NCBI GenBank assembly: GCA_048772705.1
Contig: JBLWGC010000043.1
Coordinates: forward strand, 489,169-553,168
Reading direction: 5' to 3'
From: Leidyana gryllorum EB-2025a
Taxonomy: Eukaryota; Protista; Apicomplexa
DNA length: 64,000 nucleotides
The translations under genes and the position numbers were made by a program. The number at the start of each line of letters is the position of its first letter. The first letter of the stretch is position 1. Shown here one piece after another: positions 23,805 to 36,135 of the stretch. Under the pieces are notes generated by a model. It did not search any database, had not been told where the DNA came from, and saw only the letters and a list, made by a program, of their open reading frames with translations.

Positions 23805-24985
23805 CTAATGAGTATAGAGTGGCGAAACAGTGCTGACGAGCTTGCCATCCTGGGGGAGTGATAAGAGATGGCCGGGACGTGAAGATTTACCTGGAATTTG
23901 TGAACAAACTGGAAAGGAATCTGATGTTCCTCGTACTCATCTTCCTCATCCTCTTTGGGGGTGTAGAGGGTTGCAGAACCTCCGCCACTGCTGGCGATGG
24001 AGAGCTCAGCCATTGAGGATCTCGGAATGTAGATCTGATGTATGGAAAACAATTCGTGACATTGACAGCTCGGTGGAAGTCTTACAGAAGTGCTTTCACA
24101 GGAGTCTACAGAGGCTCCGGGCAAGCGCTCCGTCACGTAGATATTGCAACTCGACGAATTTCCAATGTCCACGGAGGAAATGACGGCTCCAACTTCTAGG
24201 GTCACTTTCTTGCAGTTGTCTGGCGTTTGATGGAAACGTGAGCGAGGTCAAAGGTCAGACAGCTCACTCATTTCGACTTTGTTCACTTTCTTGGTGATCT
24301 TGATAGCGCAGTTGGAGCAATTGCTGATCATAACAGCGTGCTGCATTCCGACGCTTTCCTCATCCCCGAAGAGAACCGGTTCATCGATATTGTGATAGTT
24401 CTCCTGGTGAAAGGAAGAGCAAAGTGGATGGACCACTGGGCTGCACTTACGATGAAATATTTGTTCGGGGGAACAAACTTGATGGTGGGTTCCTTTTGGG
24501 GCTTTGCGGTGGGCATCACGTTCTCCTTCTGATCACTTTTGGCGGTCTCTGCACATTTATCGTCGAACGGGAGGTGCATGCCTTCCTCGCTCACCTTGCA
24601 CGGTGGACGGTTGTTTAGTCATCTTTTTCTCGCTTGGGCCTCCACGGGGTTTCCAGATCATACTGAAAGTGTTGCTGACCCCGCGGGTGAAAAAGTTCGA
24701 CGAGGCAGTGGTAGTAGATGGGGAGCGGCTGTCGACCTCATCGGTCTCTTTCAGAGGAGCTGAAGCCGCCTCGTTCGCAGAACGGGATCGAAGGAAGGTG
24801 TCGTTCCCTTTGTTCTTCGAGCTTTTGGAGGAAGGGCGTTTGAGTGTGATAGACTTCCGTAGGGCTCCGATGAAGGTGGAGCTCTTCACAGGTTCTGCGG
24901 GCTTCCCTGTCTCACCTACAATGAGGTCGGTTGTGTACACGGGGGAGTTCAGATATTCGGGTGCTGTGCACAGCGTAGCGCCCAT
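23805..24985 (-). CDS. CAP: Cyclase-associated protein (C-CAP/CARP beta-helix only, apicomplexan type) with N-terminal extension, multi-exon
   Basis: ENY, VMISNCSNCAIKITKKVNKV, NCKKVTL...VISSVDIGNS, VDSCES, EEHQIPFQF, final DGKLVSTVSPLYTH*. Confidence 0.85.
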
Positions 24986-25212
24986 GGAAAAATCTTACCG
25001 ACATTAATGGGCTGGAACGCTGATGCATCCTTGGAGGAGCCTGAGGAACGGAGTCGAAACTCTGTAGTTTCCGGTGCTGCGGCTGTTGTCATGACGAATT
25101 TGCGAAAAATACCCACTAAGCGGCTTCTTCAATCGACACCACACATCCACAAGCGAAGTGATTACAAATGGTTCAGACATTCTAACTAAACACCGTTTGG
25201 TGATCAGAGTAG

Positions 25213-26928
25213 CTATTCTAGTCGATGTGCGTAACTTCTCAGACTCACGAAAGCCAAACCAACAAATACGGCCATCAAGATCAGACCGGCTAGCATAGAT
25301 GATCTCCGAGAAGTGCAATCGCGTAGAGCTCCGTCACCCAGTGAGCACTGAATTGCCTTGTCCGCAACTGTGACTCTCGCCGGCCTTCCACCATCTGCAT
25401 CCTCTTTACGCTTACTCGTCTCTATCAGTGCTCCAAGCATCTGTTCCGCTTGTCCTGCGCGCAACCGCGCAAGCGCCTGGACACTGTGGTATACTTCTCT
25501 CAGGTCTTCATAATTCCGAGGAGTGGCGGAAGAGACGTCGAACTCTGCGGTACTTATTGGCCTCTGCTTGCCTCGTTCAAGCACTTTCGCTAAGTTGGCC
25601 TCTCGTTCAGGTTGTACCACCCGCTGACTCATTGGATACGGCTCAGTCAAGCGCCGTAAGACTTTGCGATTAGAAATCTGGTTGAGCACAGGAACAACAG
25701 CACCACCCTCCTCGGTTAGACACTCTACTTCCGTATCACCACCGCTAGGAGAGCTGACATTGGCGGTGGTATGGGATTTACGTAAAGCAAACTCGTTCGC
25801 TACATATTGATCATTCTGAGGGTTCGTGGACGCCGACCGTTCTCTTGCCAAAGGAGATCCGAAAGCCACCGGCTGCAACAAAATTGAAGAACCTCCCCTT
25901 TCCGAATCGTCGCTCACCGAGCCGTCCTTCTCTCCATTATTTGACCCTTCGTCCTCCGACCGACTGAGAGCACCATCAGGCGAAGCAGAGGCACTCCCCG
26001 AGCTCAACTCGAATGTACCCATCCCATCAGGAAGGTTCCATAACGATTCACGAGCAGCTTTAGTACTCTCTTCATCGCCAGACTGTAAAACTCGGGACGG
26101 TATCTCGGCTATTGGGGAAGGACGGTGCGAATAACGCGGCTGACGCCCCCCCACTACGCTCGTAGGAGGTCGCCGACAGTGGTATCTCTCATCACCGGAA
26201 TCGCCGCGCTCCCTCATAGATGGGTCACCTGTGGGGAGCGCATTGGAGAAACTCTTCCGGAACCGCGGTCTCGGAAGTGAAGTATCAGTTGAGAAGGTCT
26301 CCTGCCGGTCAGTCAACCCTCGTCGATTACTATCCACAGTCACATAACTCCGAAAGACGGTCGAGCTGGCATCGAAAGACGAGTTCGCGCTGTACCGAGA
26401 GGCTGCTGAACTCCGTCTCTTGCTGGGTAACCCCCTCTTGGTCCACGATCCCGGCTCGTGGATGATGTCAGGCTGATAAAAGAACTCAGCAGTCAGAACT
26501 TGCTTATACAACTCCTCGTGGTCGTCCCATATTTCTGCACCTGGGAGTTCAGGTCCATCCACAAACCGTGAGAGAATCATGAATTTGTCCTTCGAGATCA
26601 TAGGAAGGTACTCGTGCGGATCTCTTTTCGTGATTTCATCCAGCGGCTCTGGTCGTATGTAGTGCAATCGGAGCCGCAACTGAGTATGGGGGTGAAGCAC
26701 TCCTTTACTCGGTTTCACTGTGTACGAGGGGAGGGCGGTTATTTTCACCTTGAAAGCTACATAATCTGTGGTGGGATTTCGAAGATCAATGAAACCTTGT
26801 CCGTTATAATTGGCGTCAAAGTTCAATGTGGCTTTCCTGCCCGATTGAATTCGCAGGGGCGCACGTCGATGGCGCGAAATCTCAGAAGCAGTAAAGGAAT
26901 AATCCGAGTCAATGGTGACATCGGTCAT
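25213..26928 (-). CDS. MSP (major sperm protein) domain protein with C-terminal TM helix, VAP/Scs2-like
   Basis: LRNPTTDYVAFKVKITALPSYTVKPSKG and DKFMI; long disordered linker; C-terminal LAGLILMAVFVGLAFV. Confidence 0.8.
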   Translation of the reverse strand: MTDVTIDSDYSFTASEISRHRRAPLRIQSGRKATLNFDANYNGQGFIDLRNPTTDYVAFKVKITALPSYTVKPSKGVLHPHTQLRLRLHYIRPEPLDEITKRDPHEYLPMISKDKFMILSRFVDGPELPGAEIWDDHEELYKQVLTAEFFYQPDIIHEPGSWTKRGLPSKRRSSAASRYSANSSFDASSTVFRSYVTVDSNRRGLTDRQETFSTDTSLPRPRFRKSFSNALPTGDPSMRERGDSGDERYHCRRPPTSVVGGRQPRYSHRPSPIAEIPSRVLQSGDEESTKAARESLWNLPDGMGTFELSSGSASASPDGALSRSEDEGSNNGEKDGSVSDDSERGGSSILLQPVAFGSPLARERSASTNPQNDQYVANEFALRKSHTTANVSSPSGGDTEVECLTEEGGAVVPVLNQISNRKVLRRLTEPYPMSQRVVQPEREANLAKVLERGKQRPISTAEFDVSSATPRNYEDLREVYHSVQALARLRAGQAEQMLGALIETSKRKEDADGGRPARVTVADKAIQCSLGDGALRDCTSRRSSMLAGLILMAVFVGLAFVSLRSYAHRLE

Positions 26929-27130
26929 TTCCACAGCAATATACAATAAATAGTATGCACCAACTGGCTCAATTCCGTTGCCAGGCAAAATTCAAGCCAA
27001 GCACATGCAACCCGCGTCACCTAAACTCAATCTCTGCAACAAATACCCACACCAGCAGTAGACGGATCAATCTGATCTTCCAACACCTCGTCGTGTTCCT
27101 CTGAAAATGATTTGAGCACTAATTGACAAT

Positions 27131-28476
27131 TCATTCTATGTACCCACCTTCTTTAAGTCGTGCTATCACGGTGTCCATTGCAAACGCATCATCTCGTCTA
27201 CCAGTCCAGATTCGAAGTCCGGATTTATGCCAGCCCAGACTCGCAGCAGCGGCGTAAACTCCAGCTGTCAACTCCTCGTGCGAGCACAAGTGATGGGTTT
27301 CATGGCAACCTTCCTCTGCCTGGAGTCGTGTACAACCTATGCACGCTAATTGAACAAAGGACGGTTCCACGCCTGGCAGTCCGATAGCGCCGTCTGCTTG
27401 TACCCAGGCTTCACCCAGGGCTGTGCGCCAGAATTGTAGCTCGTCCACCATCACGCTGCAGAGAACAGCCCATTCGAATGAGGTGCCACTTGAGTCCAAC
27501 TTACGGAAATCCTCCGCAGACGTTCTGTGGACCGCCCCCGATATAGAAGGGTTGCGTGTTGCCCATGACATCAGAATCCAACTCATAACTGGAATCTAGG
27601 ACACCTGGAGGCATCGAACATTTCTGGAACGCTCAGCGGGCTCACCATTGATGTACAGCACCCATCGCCGCCCCGACCGAACTAATGCTATTCTATACCA
27701 CTGCTGATTCCGTAATCGCGAGTTGGATACAAAGAATTCTCCTCCGTTCGTATTCACCCGACTGGTGGCACATTCGACCTTCAAATGCCCACTACGCTCG
27801 TCTACGTATATAGCTGGGGACACAGAAGCGCTTCCGTCAGGCATCTCTGTGCCTTTGCTGAGAACTAACCAAGGCTCTGACAGGACGTATCGAGATCCAG
27901 ATACTCACCTGGACACCATTGCTCAGGTCCAGACGAAGCGGTAGGAGGTGCAAGATACGGGTCGCTTAGCAAGAAGAGCCAAAAGGTCACGGAGAACTGA
28001 TCAAGGCCGGTAAATTGTTCGTGGTGTGGAATCATCAGGTAAGACCCCTTGAACACTGCAGAGTTCCCCGCTCCGCCTATAGGAGAAGGCCCGCTGATGA
28101 TTTCCCCCTGTCCATGATTCCGCAAAGGACCCGTGTCCACTGGAACAATTTCGTTAAAAGTGTATCTGCCTATGAGATCGGAGGGTACTGCGGGTGGCAA
28201 AATGACTGGAAAACGCAATGAGGGGATATGACGCCGACGGCTGACCTTGTTCGCCATCTCGAAGACATAAAGAGTTCTCAAAAGTGACATCACACGTAGG
28301 GTAGGGCACTACGAAACTAGAATAGATAAGGTGTTGAATGACCTACGATCGGGGAACGGATTCTCGGGCGCACTGATTGAAGTCAGCACGGCCTGCGCAG
28401 AGCCGTCATTGGACGCTTTCAGGCGCATGGAGGTCACAGTCGCCAAATGGACAGCAATGGATAATCTGCACAGCAT
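27131..28476 (-). CDS. Secreted LamG/concanavalin-A-like jelly-roll protein with Cys-rich C-terminal module, multi-exon
   Basis: Signal-peptide-like start MLCRLSIAVHLATVTS; YTFNE, FSVTFWL, WYRIALVR...LYING, VDELQFW; C-terminal C..C...HLCS..EL.AG...GW. Confidence 0.65.
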
Positions 28477-28528
28477 GAAAGCGTGTGTGTCGAACACGTG
28501 TGAACATCCCACCAGCATCAAAAATTAG

Positions 28529-30847
28529 ATGGGAGACATTCAAGAAGGCTACGCAAGTGGCATAAGCATGGTCTGATAGCTATTGAACCCACTCAGCGAA
28601 TATGACCTCCAAAACGCCTCCAAAAAAGGCGCGCCATGCAGAAGGCTCAGCGAGTTGAAGGGCGTGGCCGGCTCACCACTAAGGAGAAGGCTGCTGCTCC
28701 TCATCAAATCACAGCAGAGCAGCTCCTCAGAGAGGCTGCTGCACTACAAACAGATGAAGCTCGCCCTCCTGCTAGACGCTTGGTCGACGAAGATGAGCTC
28801 AATGAATATAGAGTTCGGAAGCGCAAGTATTTCGAAGATAGTCTTCGAAGGCGCCGTCAGGCGATGCCCTTATGGACATCATATGCACTGTGGGAATCTG
28901 AACAACATGACTTCCGGCGAGCTCGCTCAGTATTTGAGCGCGCTCTGGAAATAGACCAGCAGAACACTAATCTGTGGAACAAGTACTTGGACATGGAAGA
29001 GAAGAATCAGTTCATCAGTTCGGCCAGAAACCTCTATGATCGCATCACCACTATGATGCCACGTATCGATCACTTCTGGCTTCGCTACACCAAGTTTGAG
29101 GAAACTCTGGCCAACTATGCCGGAGTTCGAGCTATCTTCGAACGATGGATGGAGTTTGAACCCGATGATCGTGCCTGGTTAGCGTACGTCAAGTTCGAAG
29201 AACGATGCGGGGAGCTAGAACTGGCTCGTAGAGTGATGGAAAGATTCCTAGTCGTCCACCCCCGAGTACCGTCTTTCCTCAAATTCGCCAAATTTGAAGA
29301 AGACCACCGTAACTTCCAAAGGGCGCGAGCAGCATACGAGAAGGCTGTGGAGGTGTTACCTCAGGAAGAGTTGACTGAGAGCTTCTACATCAAATTTGCT
29401 CGCTTTGAGGAACGTCGGCATGAGTTTGCTCGAGTGAAGGCCATATATCTGGAGGGTATCCGGCGTTTGGGAGCAGCAGCCGAGGGTCTTGCAGCTGCCT
29501 ATATCTCCTTCCAGAAACGCTTCGGTGAAAAGGAGGAAGTTGAGAACGTTGTAAACGATCGAAGGCGCCTCCACTACGAAGGACTCCTTGAAAAGACCAA
29601 GTACTACGACTACGATCTCTGGTTGAGTCTGATCTGGCTCGAAGAAGCACGCAAAGATGTACAACGGATCCGGGAGGTGTACGAACGGGCTATCAAGATG
29701 GTGCCTTTAAGTGATCACAAGGGAGGATGGAAACGATACTTCTACATATGGTACAGTTACGCCATCTTCGAGGAATTAGAAGCCAAAGACATCGACAAAG
29801 CTCGTTCGGTATGGCAAAGGCTCAAAGAAGTCATTCCGCACGCCAAGTTCTCCTTCGCCAAACTGTGGACCGGCATGGCACACTTCGAATTGCGACAGGG
29901 CAACCTGCAAGCCGCAAGATTAGCGTTTGGTGAAGCCATTGCGCAACATCCAGTGGCTAAAATATTCGCCGCGTACTGCGATGTAGAATTGAAACTGGGA
30001 GAGATGGAGCGCTGCCGGAAAATATGTGCCAAGTTCGTGGAAGTCCACCCCAATAAACCTCAAAGTTGGTTGGCACTCATCGATCTCGAGCTCCTGGGCA
30101 AAGAGTACCACAGAGCCCGCAATTTGTTCGAACTCGCTATTGAGAATGCAGAAATGGAAACGGCGGAAGTGGTAAGTTTCTTCATCTCCAGCTTGAATTG
30201 CACACTCCCACAGATCTGGAAAGCATATATCGATATGGAGGCCAATCTCAAGCACTTTGAAGCGGCTCGAGACCTCTTCGAACGCTTGATCCAGAAAACT
30301 CAACATTGGGAAGTATTCCGCTCGCTCGCAGAATTCGAGTGGCGAACTGTAGCTGATGTAGATAGAGCCAGGAAAGCATACCATCGAGGTGTTGATGTTT
30401 GCAAAGAGAATGAACAAGACGAGGAAAGAGCTACATTGCTCGAGGTGAGAACAATTGCCTCCTGTGAACAGACATCGCATCCCTCTATTGCAGTGTTGGT
30501 TGAAATTCGAGCAGGAAGTTGGTGATCAGACGAACATAGCGGAGGTACAACGGAAACAGCCAAAGAAGGTCCGAAAACGGCGAACCATCCAACTCGTTGA
30601 AGGGTAAGCGTCCCGCATTCTATTTCTGTTATCATACACAATCCGCAGCGGCCCGGAAACAGTGGAGGAATACACGGCATACGAGTTCGCCGACGAGGCC
30701 GGTTCAGCATCGGTAAGCTCGCCAATCGATGCCTACATCATCTCTTCTACTTGTTCCACTCAGAGCCTGGGCATCCTGGAAGCCGTCAAGAAATGGAAAA
30801 AGCGGAAGTTAGAAGAGCAACAGTCTTCTGCACAAGCCGCTACCTGA
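28529..30847 (+). CDS. CRNKL1: Crooked neck / Clf1 / Syf3 HAT-repeat splicing factor, multi-exon
   Basis: QITAEQLLREA, EYRVRKRKYFED, ARSVFERAL, IPHAKFSFAKLW, QPKKVRKRR, ILEAVKKWK. Confidence 0.93.
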
Positions 30848-30950
30848 TGATGAGTGATGTATTATCGCAATGGCTCACCAGCCATGTCATCGATCTGTTG
30901 ACTGCTTCGTTGAGCTTTTGTGCCGATCCCACTCTGAATGAGGTGTCATC

Positions 30951-31448
30951 TCAGCGAACCGACTTTTGCTTACTCTTCAGATATCCCATGATCTTGTTCA
31001 TCCGTTCGCTGGAACTTGTTGCTTTCTTCGCTACCGGCTTCCCAGGACATGCATGATCTTGACCTAATCGATGCTTCAGACAAACCATTTGATAGCAGAC
31101 TCGACATTGATATTTATTGGATAGAGTTAGCTGTTCGTTGCAAAGCTTGACCGGACATCTGGCGATCTTTGGTGGCTTGAGGGAAGGGTCACAATGTGGT
31201 CGGTGGTGTTCGAAAACCACGTTAGGGTCGTCAGCTGCAGTGTATCGTACCACTGCATCGCATATGGGGCATACAAAGACTCGTTTGTCTTGGCTCTTGT
31301 AGGCTGGTGAAGCACACGCGTGGTCCTCAGGCCGGAAATGCTCCAAACAATATGTTTTGGTGCAGAAGTCACACTTGAAAGGCAGAAAATCTAACTGATT
31401 GCAGTAGGAAGCCTCACAGTGAGCTCCTTTATCCGAGAAGTACGCCAT
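30951..31448 (-). CDS. AN1-type zinc finger protein (ZFAND2/SAP-like, two AN1 fingers)
   Basis: GAHC...CNQLDFLPFKCDFC...CLEHF..DHAC, CPIC, and C..C.QMVCLKHR..DHAC. Confidence 0.92.
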   Translation of the reverse strand: MAYFSDKGAHCEASYCNQLDFLPFKCDFCTKTYCLEHFRPEDHACASPAYKSQDKRVFVCPICDAVVRYTAADDPNVVFEHHRPHCDPSLKPPKIARCPVKLCNEQLTLSNKYQCRVCYQMVCLKHRLGQDHACPGKPVAKKATSSSERMNKIMGYLKSKQKSVR

Positions 31449-31453
31449 CGTCC

Positions 31454-32592
31454 CTAACTTTCGTCACCTATGTCCTCAATAAACTGTCTCAGCAAATGAG
31501 CGTCAATTAAATTCTTTTGTAAAGCTCTCATATAACGGGTAACCGCCTGTTCACTTCTATTCAAGGTCATTCCACCCCCTCACCTTCTGTAGGATCTCGT
31601 CGTCGAGTTCGCGTTCCTCCTTGCGCAGTACGAGTTCTGCGCACATTATGCACATTTCGGCGCAATAACCTTACCTGTCTCAAGGCGTTCGAGCGCACTT
31701 TCTACTCTTGCCTCAAAAACTCGATCTTCTATCATCTGACCCTCAGAGATGCGGGCAGCTAATCTAGTCAGTTCCCAAGTGGGATCACTACTTATGTTAT
31801 CTGTGGCACAGTCATGAATCAAATCCAACGAGCCCAGCACGCTCACCAAGGTCATCTTCGGATTCCTGGCCTAGATAGCTCACACGGAGCCCACTAAATC
31901 GGTTCTGCAGATTCAGAATACTCCTTTCCACAATACTCTCGGCCATCATAGTGATCTGCCGCAGCCTTTCCACCCAGTCCGCCTCTTCGCCCCTCTGGTG
32001 TGACTCGAACGCTGCGTACTCAGCTTGAAATGCTGCTACTTCGACTCTGAGCTTTTGCAGCAAGCTCTATCGGACTGATTGCTTCAAGAAGTTGTCTCAA
32101 TTTGTCTCTACCTGTATGGGTGTCTCAGCCCGCTTGTTCTGTAAAGCTTGCAAGCGGATATCCAGGTTCGCGCAGCTCGTGAGTAATGAACTGGCACCGT
32201 TCTGAGTATTATCAGATGAGAATTGGACCCTCGTAGGACCAGCCACTGACCACTACTTGATCACAAGCGCGATTATATTTGTCCGAGATGTCCTGCCCCA
32301 TGGTAGCTACCTCTGGCCGGACCCCCTCAGTGAATTCTATCTCGACATGATGAGTGACTGCGTTGCCTTCCAGTCGGATCTGGTCGCGGAGGTCTGACGC
32401 CGCAGCTCGTATTGTCTGCTCAAACGGGATTTGAGGGAACGCAGAATGGGAGTTGCTTACATTCAAACGCCGATCATTTTCTTCACGCTTCTTTTCAGTA
32501 TCAGCTCGCATATGGGTTTCGAATTTCGATATACTGCCCTTGATGGACTCCAAAGCCCGCCGCAGCTCCTCATTGTTTGGCATGGCCGCCAT
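31454..32592 (-). CDS. Striated fiber assemblin (SF-assemblin/beta-giardin-like) coiled-coil protein, multi-exon
   Basis: Coiled coil beginning IKGSISKFETHMRADTEKKREEN; C-terminus EERELDDEILQK|AVTRYMRALQKNL resembles the SFA C-terminal motif. Confidence 0.6.
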
Positions 32593-32618
32593 GTTGAGTG
32601 GGAACACACGCGTGTGTC

Positions 32619-35600
32619 TCACGTTAGGGCATTCAAGATGTCGTACTGAAAAGTCTCCCCACTACTTGCAGAATCGGCGCACACTTCGAGAACGTACTCA
32701 TAGTCCTCTGACCCTTCCTTGTGTCTGGCAAGCGCACATCTCAACACGCATATGGCTGTATGCCGGCGATCACAGATTCTGGTGTCTCGACATCTGCCCA
32801 TGTGCCGTTCCGCTAGCTTCCGGTCGTTTAGTTTGGCATGTAGATAATCGGTATGGCTGGGCGAGGTGCCGAACGTAGCAAGATCGCTAGGAACGTCCAG
32901 GATCAATGCGGTGAATAGGTCAACCTGTTGCGTGATCTGTTGCGAAAGAGCAACACCGATTGATCCGCCTCGGTTTCCGCTCAGGGCTCGGACAACGGCC
33001 GGTAAGTAGGCGGAAGGGGTCAGGAGATCAAGCACTTGTTCACAGTTGGCTTCCTGAACTCGTATAAATTTCAGGATGTGTGAGTTGTAGTGGAGGGGTT
33101 GACTGTACTGCATTTGGATCTGCAGAGCACTGCGAAGATCCTGCTCCAGGGTCACGAGCACATAGTTCAAGTATGCGTTGTTTGGGAAGGCTTGAAGTAG
33201 ATCCTTGGCAGTTTTGATCAAAGATCTTCGAGTATAGGTGCCAATGAGCGTTAGCAATAGGGATGCGATGGCAGCGGCCAAGGGCTCGCAGCCCTGAGTG
33301 CGGAGCCACCGCGGCGAAGCCTCTGTCCAACACGATTGCAAGGCTGTAAGGTCAGTCGAGATTGAGATGCCTCGTTGCAGCTCTCCTCCAATCCGCAAAA
33401 TACATGAAGCTAAGGAGTGAGCCGCAGGTAGCGGGAGCACCCAAGAATAGTCGTCCTCGTTTGGGAGGTCCATCAGATTATTCCCGTGTGTGAGCACATC
33501 AAGAAGAGAGGAGGGCTTTTGGTGTGATTGGACAATACCCTTTTGATCGTGCAGCCGTTTCTCCCTCTCCCACCATCTTGTAGCGTCAGCAAGTTTCTGA
33601 AAGAAGTCTGGTTGAGCAGTGAAGGTGTGTGCATCGCCCATAGACATTTGGGAAGGATTCTCGTCGAGAGGCAGACACAAGATACGGAGGCAGAGGGATG
33701 GAATGCCTTGACCAACAACAGAGTCCAGATTTTCGTGTTCGACTGTCAAGAGCTCCAAGCGGGCCCACATGGCGCAGATGATGGCCAGCTGTTCACTTGA
33801 ACGCGAATTGGCTATGCACTGTAAGAGTGTGACCCTCGCTTTGCCCAGACTCTGTGGTGTCTTTTCTCGGAACCATAAGGAAGCCAGATACAACCAGAAG
33901 GCAGATGGAGCACTGGAAAGAGTCAGAAGCCATTTTTGGACCCGTTGTTCGCGCGGATAGGCAGCCGCATTGATCGCGAGTAATTGACAATTTCCTTCCA
34001 GTAACCCCACTGCGAATGTGGTGGCTACCCGTCCACACCACTTTGCCAGCCCGACGCCGCCCACCAGGTCGCCGAGCACCTCGCGAGTGAGACTGGTGAG
34101 ATTCTGGCCAGAAATGCTGACATCTGTCTCTGTCGGTGTGATCCAGAACTCGGGTCTGACCCGTTGTTGCAGTTGGCCCAGAAAGCCGACGCGGTGCGCC
34201 AAATGAAACATCCAATCATCAGAGGGCCTTCGGTGCGGTTCAGCTCCCAACAGCATCAACAACTCTTCCAGGAATCTCCGGAGATGGAAGAAGCGCGGCT
34301 GAGAATCCTCGAGGCGCAGAAACATTGCGTCTGAGAGTGTCACGCAAGCGGAACACCCGTTGTCTTCCATCGAGCAGACTGGAGATTCTGGACTCCACGC
34401 TTTGGCAGCGGCGGCAACCTCCATCCGGTACCAATCCTCCGGACTGAAAATCTCGGCAATTTCCGCCTCGCGAGGAACGCCCTCAGCGCGAAAGACATCA
34501 CTCAAAGACTGCACAGCTTTTGTCACGGCCTCCGAGAGGGGACGAAGTGGGAAGATGGAGTCTGGCATATCGGGTTGAGGGAGAGATGGGGACGGAACAC
34601 ACGTGTGCGTCGCTATGTATCGATCGGCGGTGAGAAGCGCCGATCCATACATTTTATAGCCTGAGATTCCGAGTTTCAGAACAAAGCCCAGAAAGGTGGA
34701 AAGGAGTATCCTGCCGAAGCCTATGTGACCTAACCGAAGGGCAGTACACGCCAGCCTCCCCACTACAATCCAAGTAGCTTCGTCGAGTGCCAACTGTGTG
34801 GTCCACGAATTGGCTGTGACTTGTCTCCGCCGAGCACCAATGATTTCGAGGAGTCTGCGATATCGTTGGCGACGGGTCTCCCAGGATATTGAGCCAAATC
34901 CATGATCGAATATGTTCGCCACGTAATGGATCACCCACCGAGTTGTAGTGTACCGCTGGGCCATAAGGGAGAGTCGCGCAAACAAAGTTTCGCTGTCGAA
35001 GTGCTCCCCACGACGCTGCAGCTCTAACTGCAGGACGTCGTATACGCTTCGCTCCAGATCATTTTGCGGAGGCGGCCGAATAGAGTCCATGAGCTCTCGG
35101 CTCTTCTGTATGATGTGAAGGGGTGATGTCATTCCATCAACGTACTTCAAAACGTCCATATGAGCGATCAGAGCCCCCACCAATGCTTGGTACCTCCCTG
35201 GATACTTGACGATGAGATCTTTCACATTTATATACAGAGAGCGCGCGCGGTGTGTGTGCTCGAGGAAGGCCAATTGGCCTTCAATTGAATGGGCGTTTCT
35301 TTGGCGCTTCCCTCGCTTCTTGTTCTGCCGGATGGGTTGGGCGGCGTCAGTGTCACTCGCTGCCGCCTCGTCGTCGTTTCCGTATAGAGAGGTCAGCGAT
35401 ATGTCGCCTCCATCATCGTGCAAAGGCACATAGTCAGACACCGTAGTCGATAGGGTCTTCTCGAAGGATCGCGTCTTTTCCCGCTGATCACGAAGCCATT
35501 GGTGCATCTGTCGGTCCGAGACGACCAATTTACGGAGGCCACCAAACCGCTTGATGACATCGTTGTATATAGAGTCTTCAGGGGTCTTCTCGTACCGCTG

Positions 35601-36119
35601 GTGATATCGTCGCTTTTCGCCAGAGGGGGCCTGGATTTCAGCTCCCCAATCTGTTGTATAGATTCGAGGGTCATTGAGAGATGTCCAGAGGGCTCGGCGA
35701 GAGGTCTCGTCTCCGTGAAAGCCGATTAGCTGATGGTAGCGCCATGTGGGATTTATCCACTGCTGCTCTTGTTCACATTCCGGGGTACCCCCGGTGTCAA
35801 TGGAAATGGACACTTCCGCTGTGTCTCTATCTCGGGCTATGACTTGTTCGGGCTCATTATCGTGTACGGGCCGACGGACGACGTGTCGGTGGCGGCGGTG
35901 TGTGGACGAGCGGGGCTTTTCATCGTGAGGGGACGGATGAAGACGAGTCTCTTTTTGGCTATGAGGTTGGGGTACTGAAGCACGTAGTCGAAAATGGCCG
36001 GTTTCGAGGAGAACAGCTTCCTCTCCCTCGTCATCTGAGCCACTATCGGGCGTGTGAAGGTTGTGATTGGTCGCTGGTTGGTGTTTGCCCCATCCAAAAG
36101 CTGGCCGATTAGAGGACAT
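32619..36119 (-). CDS. Large helical protein, possibly NRDE2-like RNA-processing factor
   Basis: 1166-codon intronless ORF; W..ME....W.P...CVTLSD motif and HAT-like helical pattern resemble NRDE2. Tentative. Confidence 0.45.
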   Translation of the reverse strand: MSSNRPAFGWGKHQPATNHNLHTPDSGSDDEGEEAVLLETGHFRLRASVPQPHSQKETRLHPSPHDEKPRSSTHRRHRHVVRRPVHDNEPEQVIARDRDTAEVSISIDTGGTPECEQEQQWINPTWRYHQLIGFHGDETSRRALWTSLNDPRIYTTDWGAEIQAPSGEKRRYHQRYEKTPEDSIYNDVIKRFGGLRKLVVSDRQMHQWLRDQREKTRSFEKTLSTTVSDYVPLHDDGGDISLTSLYGNDDEAAASDTDAAQPIRQNKKRGKRQRNAHSIEGQLAFLEHTHRARSLYINVKDLIVKYPGRYQALVGALIAHMDVLKYVDGMTSPLHIIQKSRELMDSIRPPPQNDLERSVYDVLQLELQRRGEHFDSETLFARLSLMAQRYTTTRWVIHYVANIFDHGFGSISWETRRQRYRRLLEIIGARRRQVTANSWTTQLALDEATWIVVGRLACTALRLGHIGFGRILLSTFLGFVLKLGISGYKMYGSALLTADRYIATHTCVPSPSLPQPDMPDSIFPLRPLSEAVTKAVQSLSDVFRAEGVPREAEIAEIFSPEDWYRMEVAAAAKAWSPESPVCSMEDNGCSACVTLSDAMFLRLEDSQPRFFHLRRFLEELLMLLGAEPHRRPSDDWMFHLAHRVGFLGQLQQRVRPEFWITPTETDVSISGQNLTSLTREVLGDLVGGVGLAKWCGRVATTFAVGLLEGNCQLLAINAAAYPREQRVQKWLLTLSSAPSAFWLYLASLWFREKTPQSLGKARVTLLQCIANSRSSEQLAIICAMWARLELLTVEHENLDSVVGQGIPSLCLRILCLPLDENPSQMSMGDAHTFTAQPDFFQKLADATRWWEREKRLHDQKGIVQSHQKPSSLLDVLTHGNNLMDLPNEDDYSWVLPLPAAHSLASCILRIGGELQRGISISTDLTALQSCWTEASPRWLRTQGCEPLAAAIASLLLTLIGTYTRRSLIKTAKDLLQAFPNNAYLNYVLVTLEQDLRSALQIQMQYSQPLHYNSHILKFIRVQEANCEQVLDLLTPSAYLPAVVRALSGNRGGSIGVALSQQITQQVDLFTALILDVPSDLATFGTSPSHTDYLHAKLNDRKLAERHMGRCRDTRICDRRHTAICVLRCALARHKEGSEDYEYVLEVCADSASSGETFQYDILNALT

Positions 36120-36135
36120 TTAGTCGTTTTTAGCG

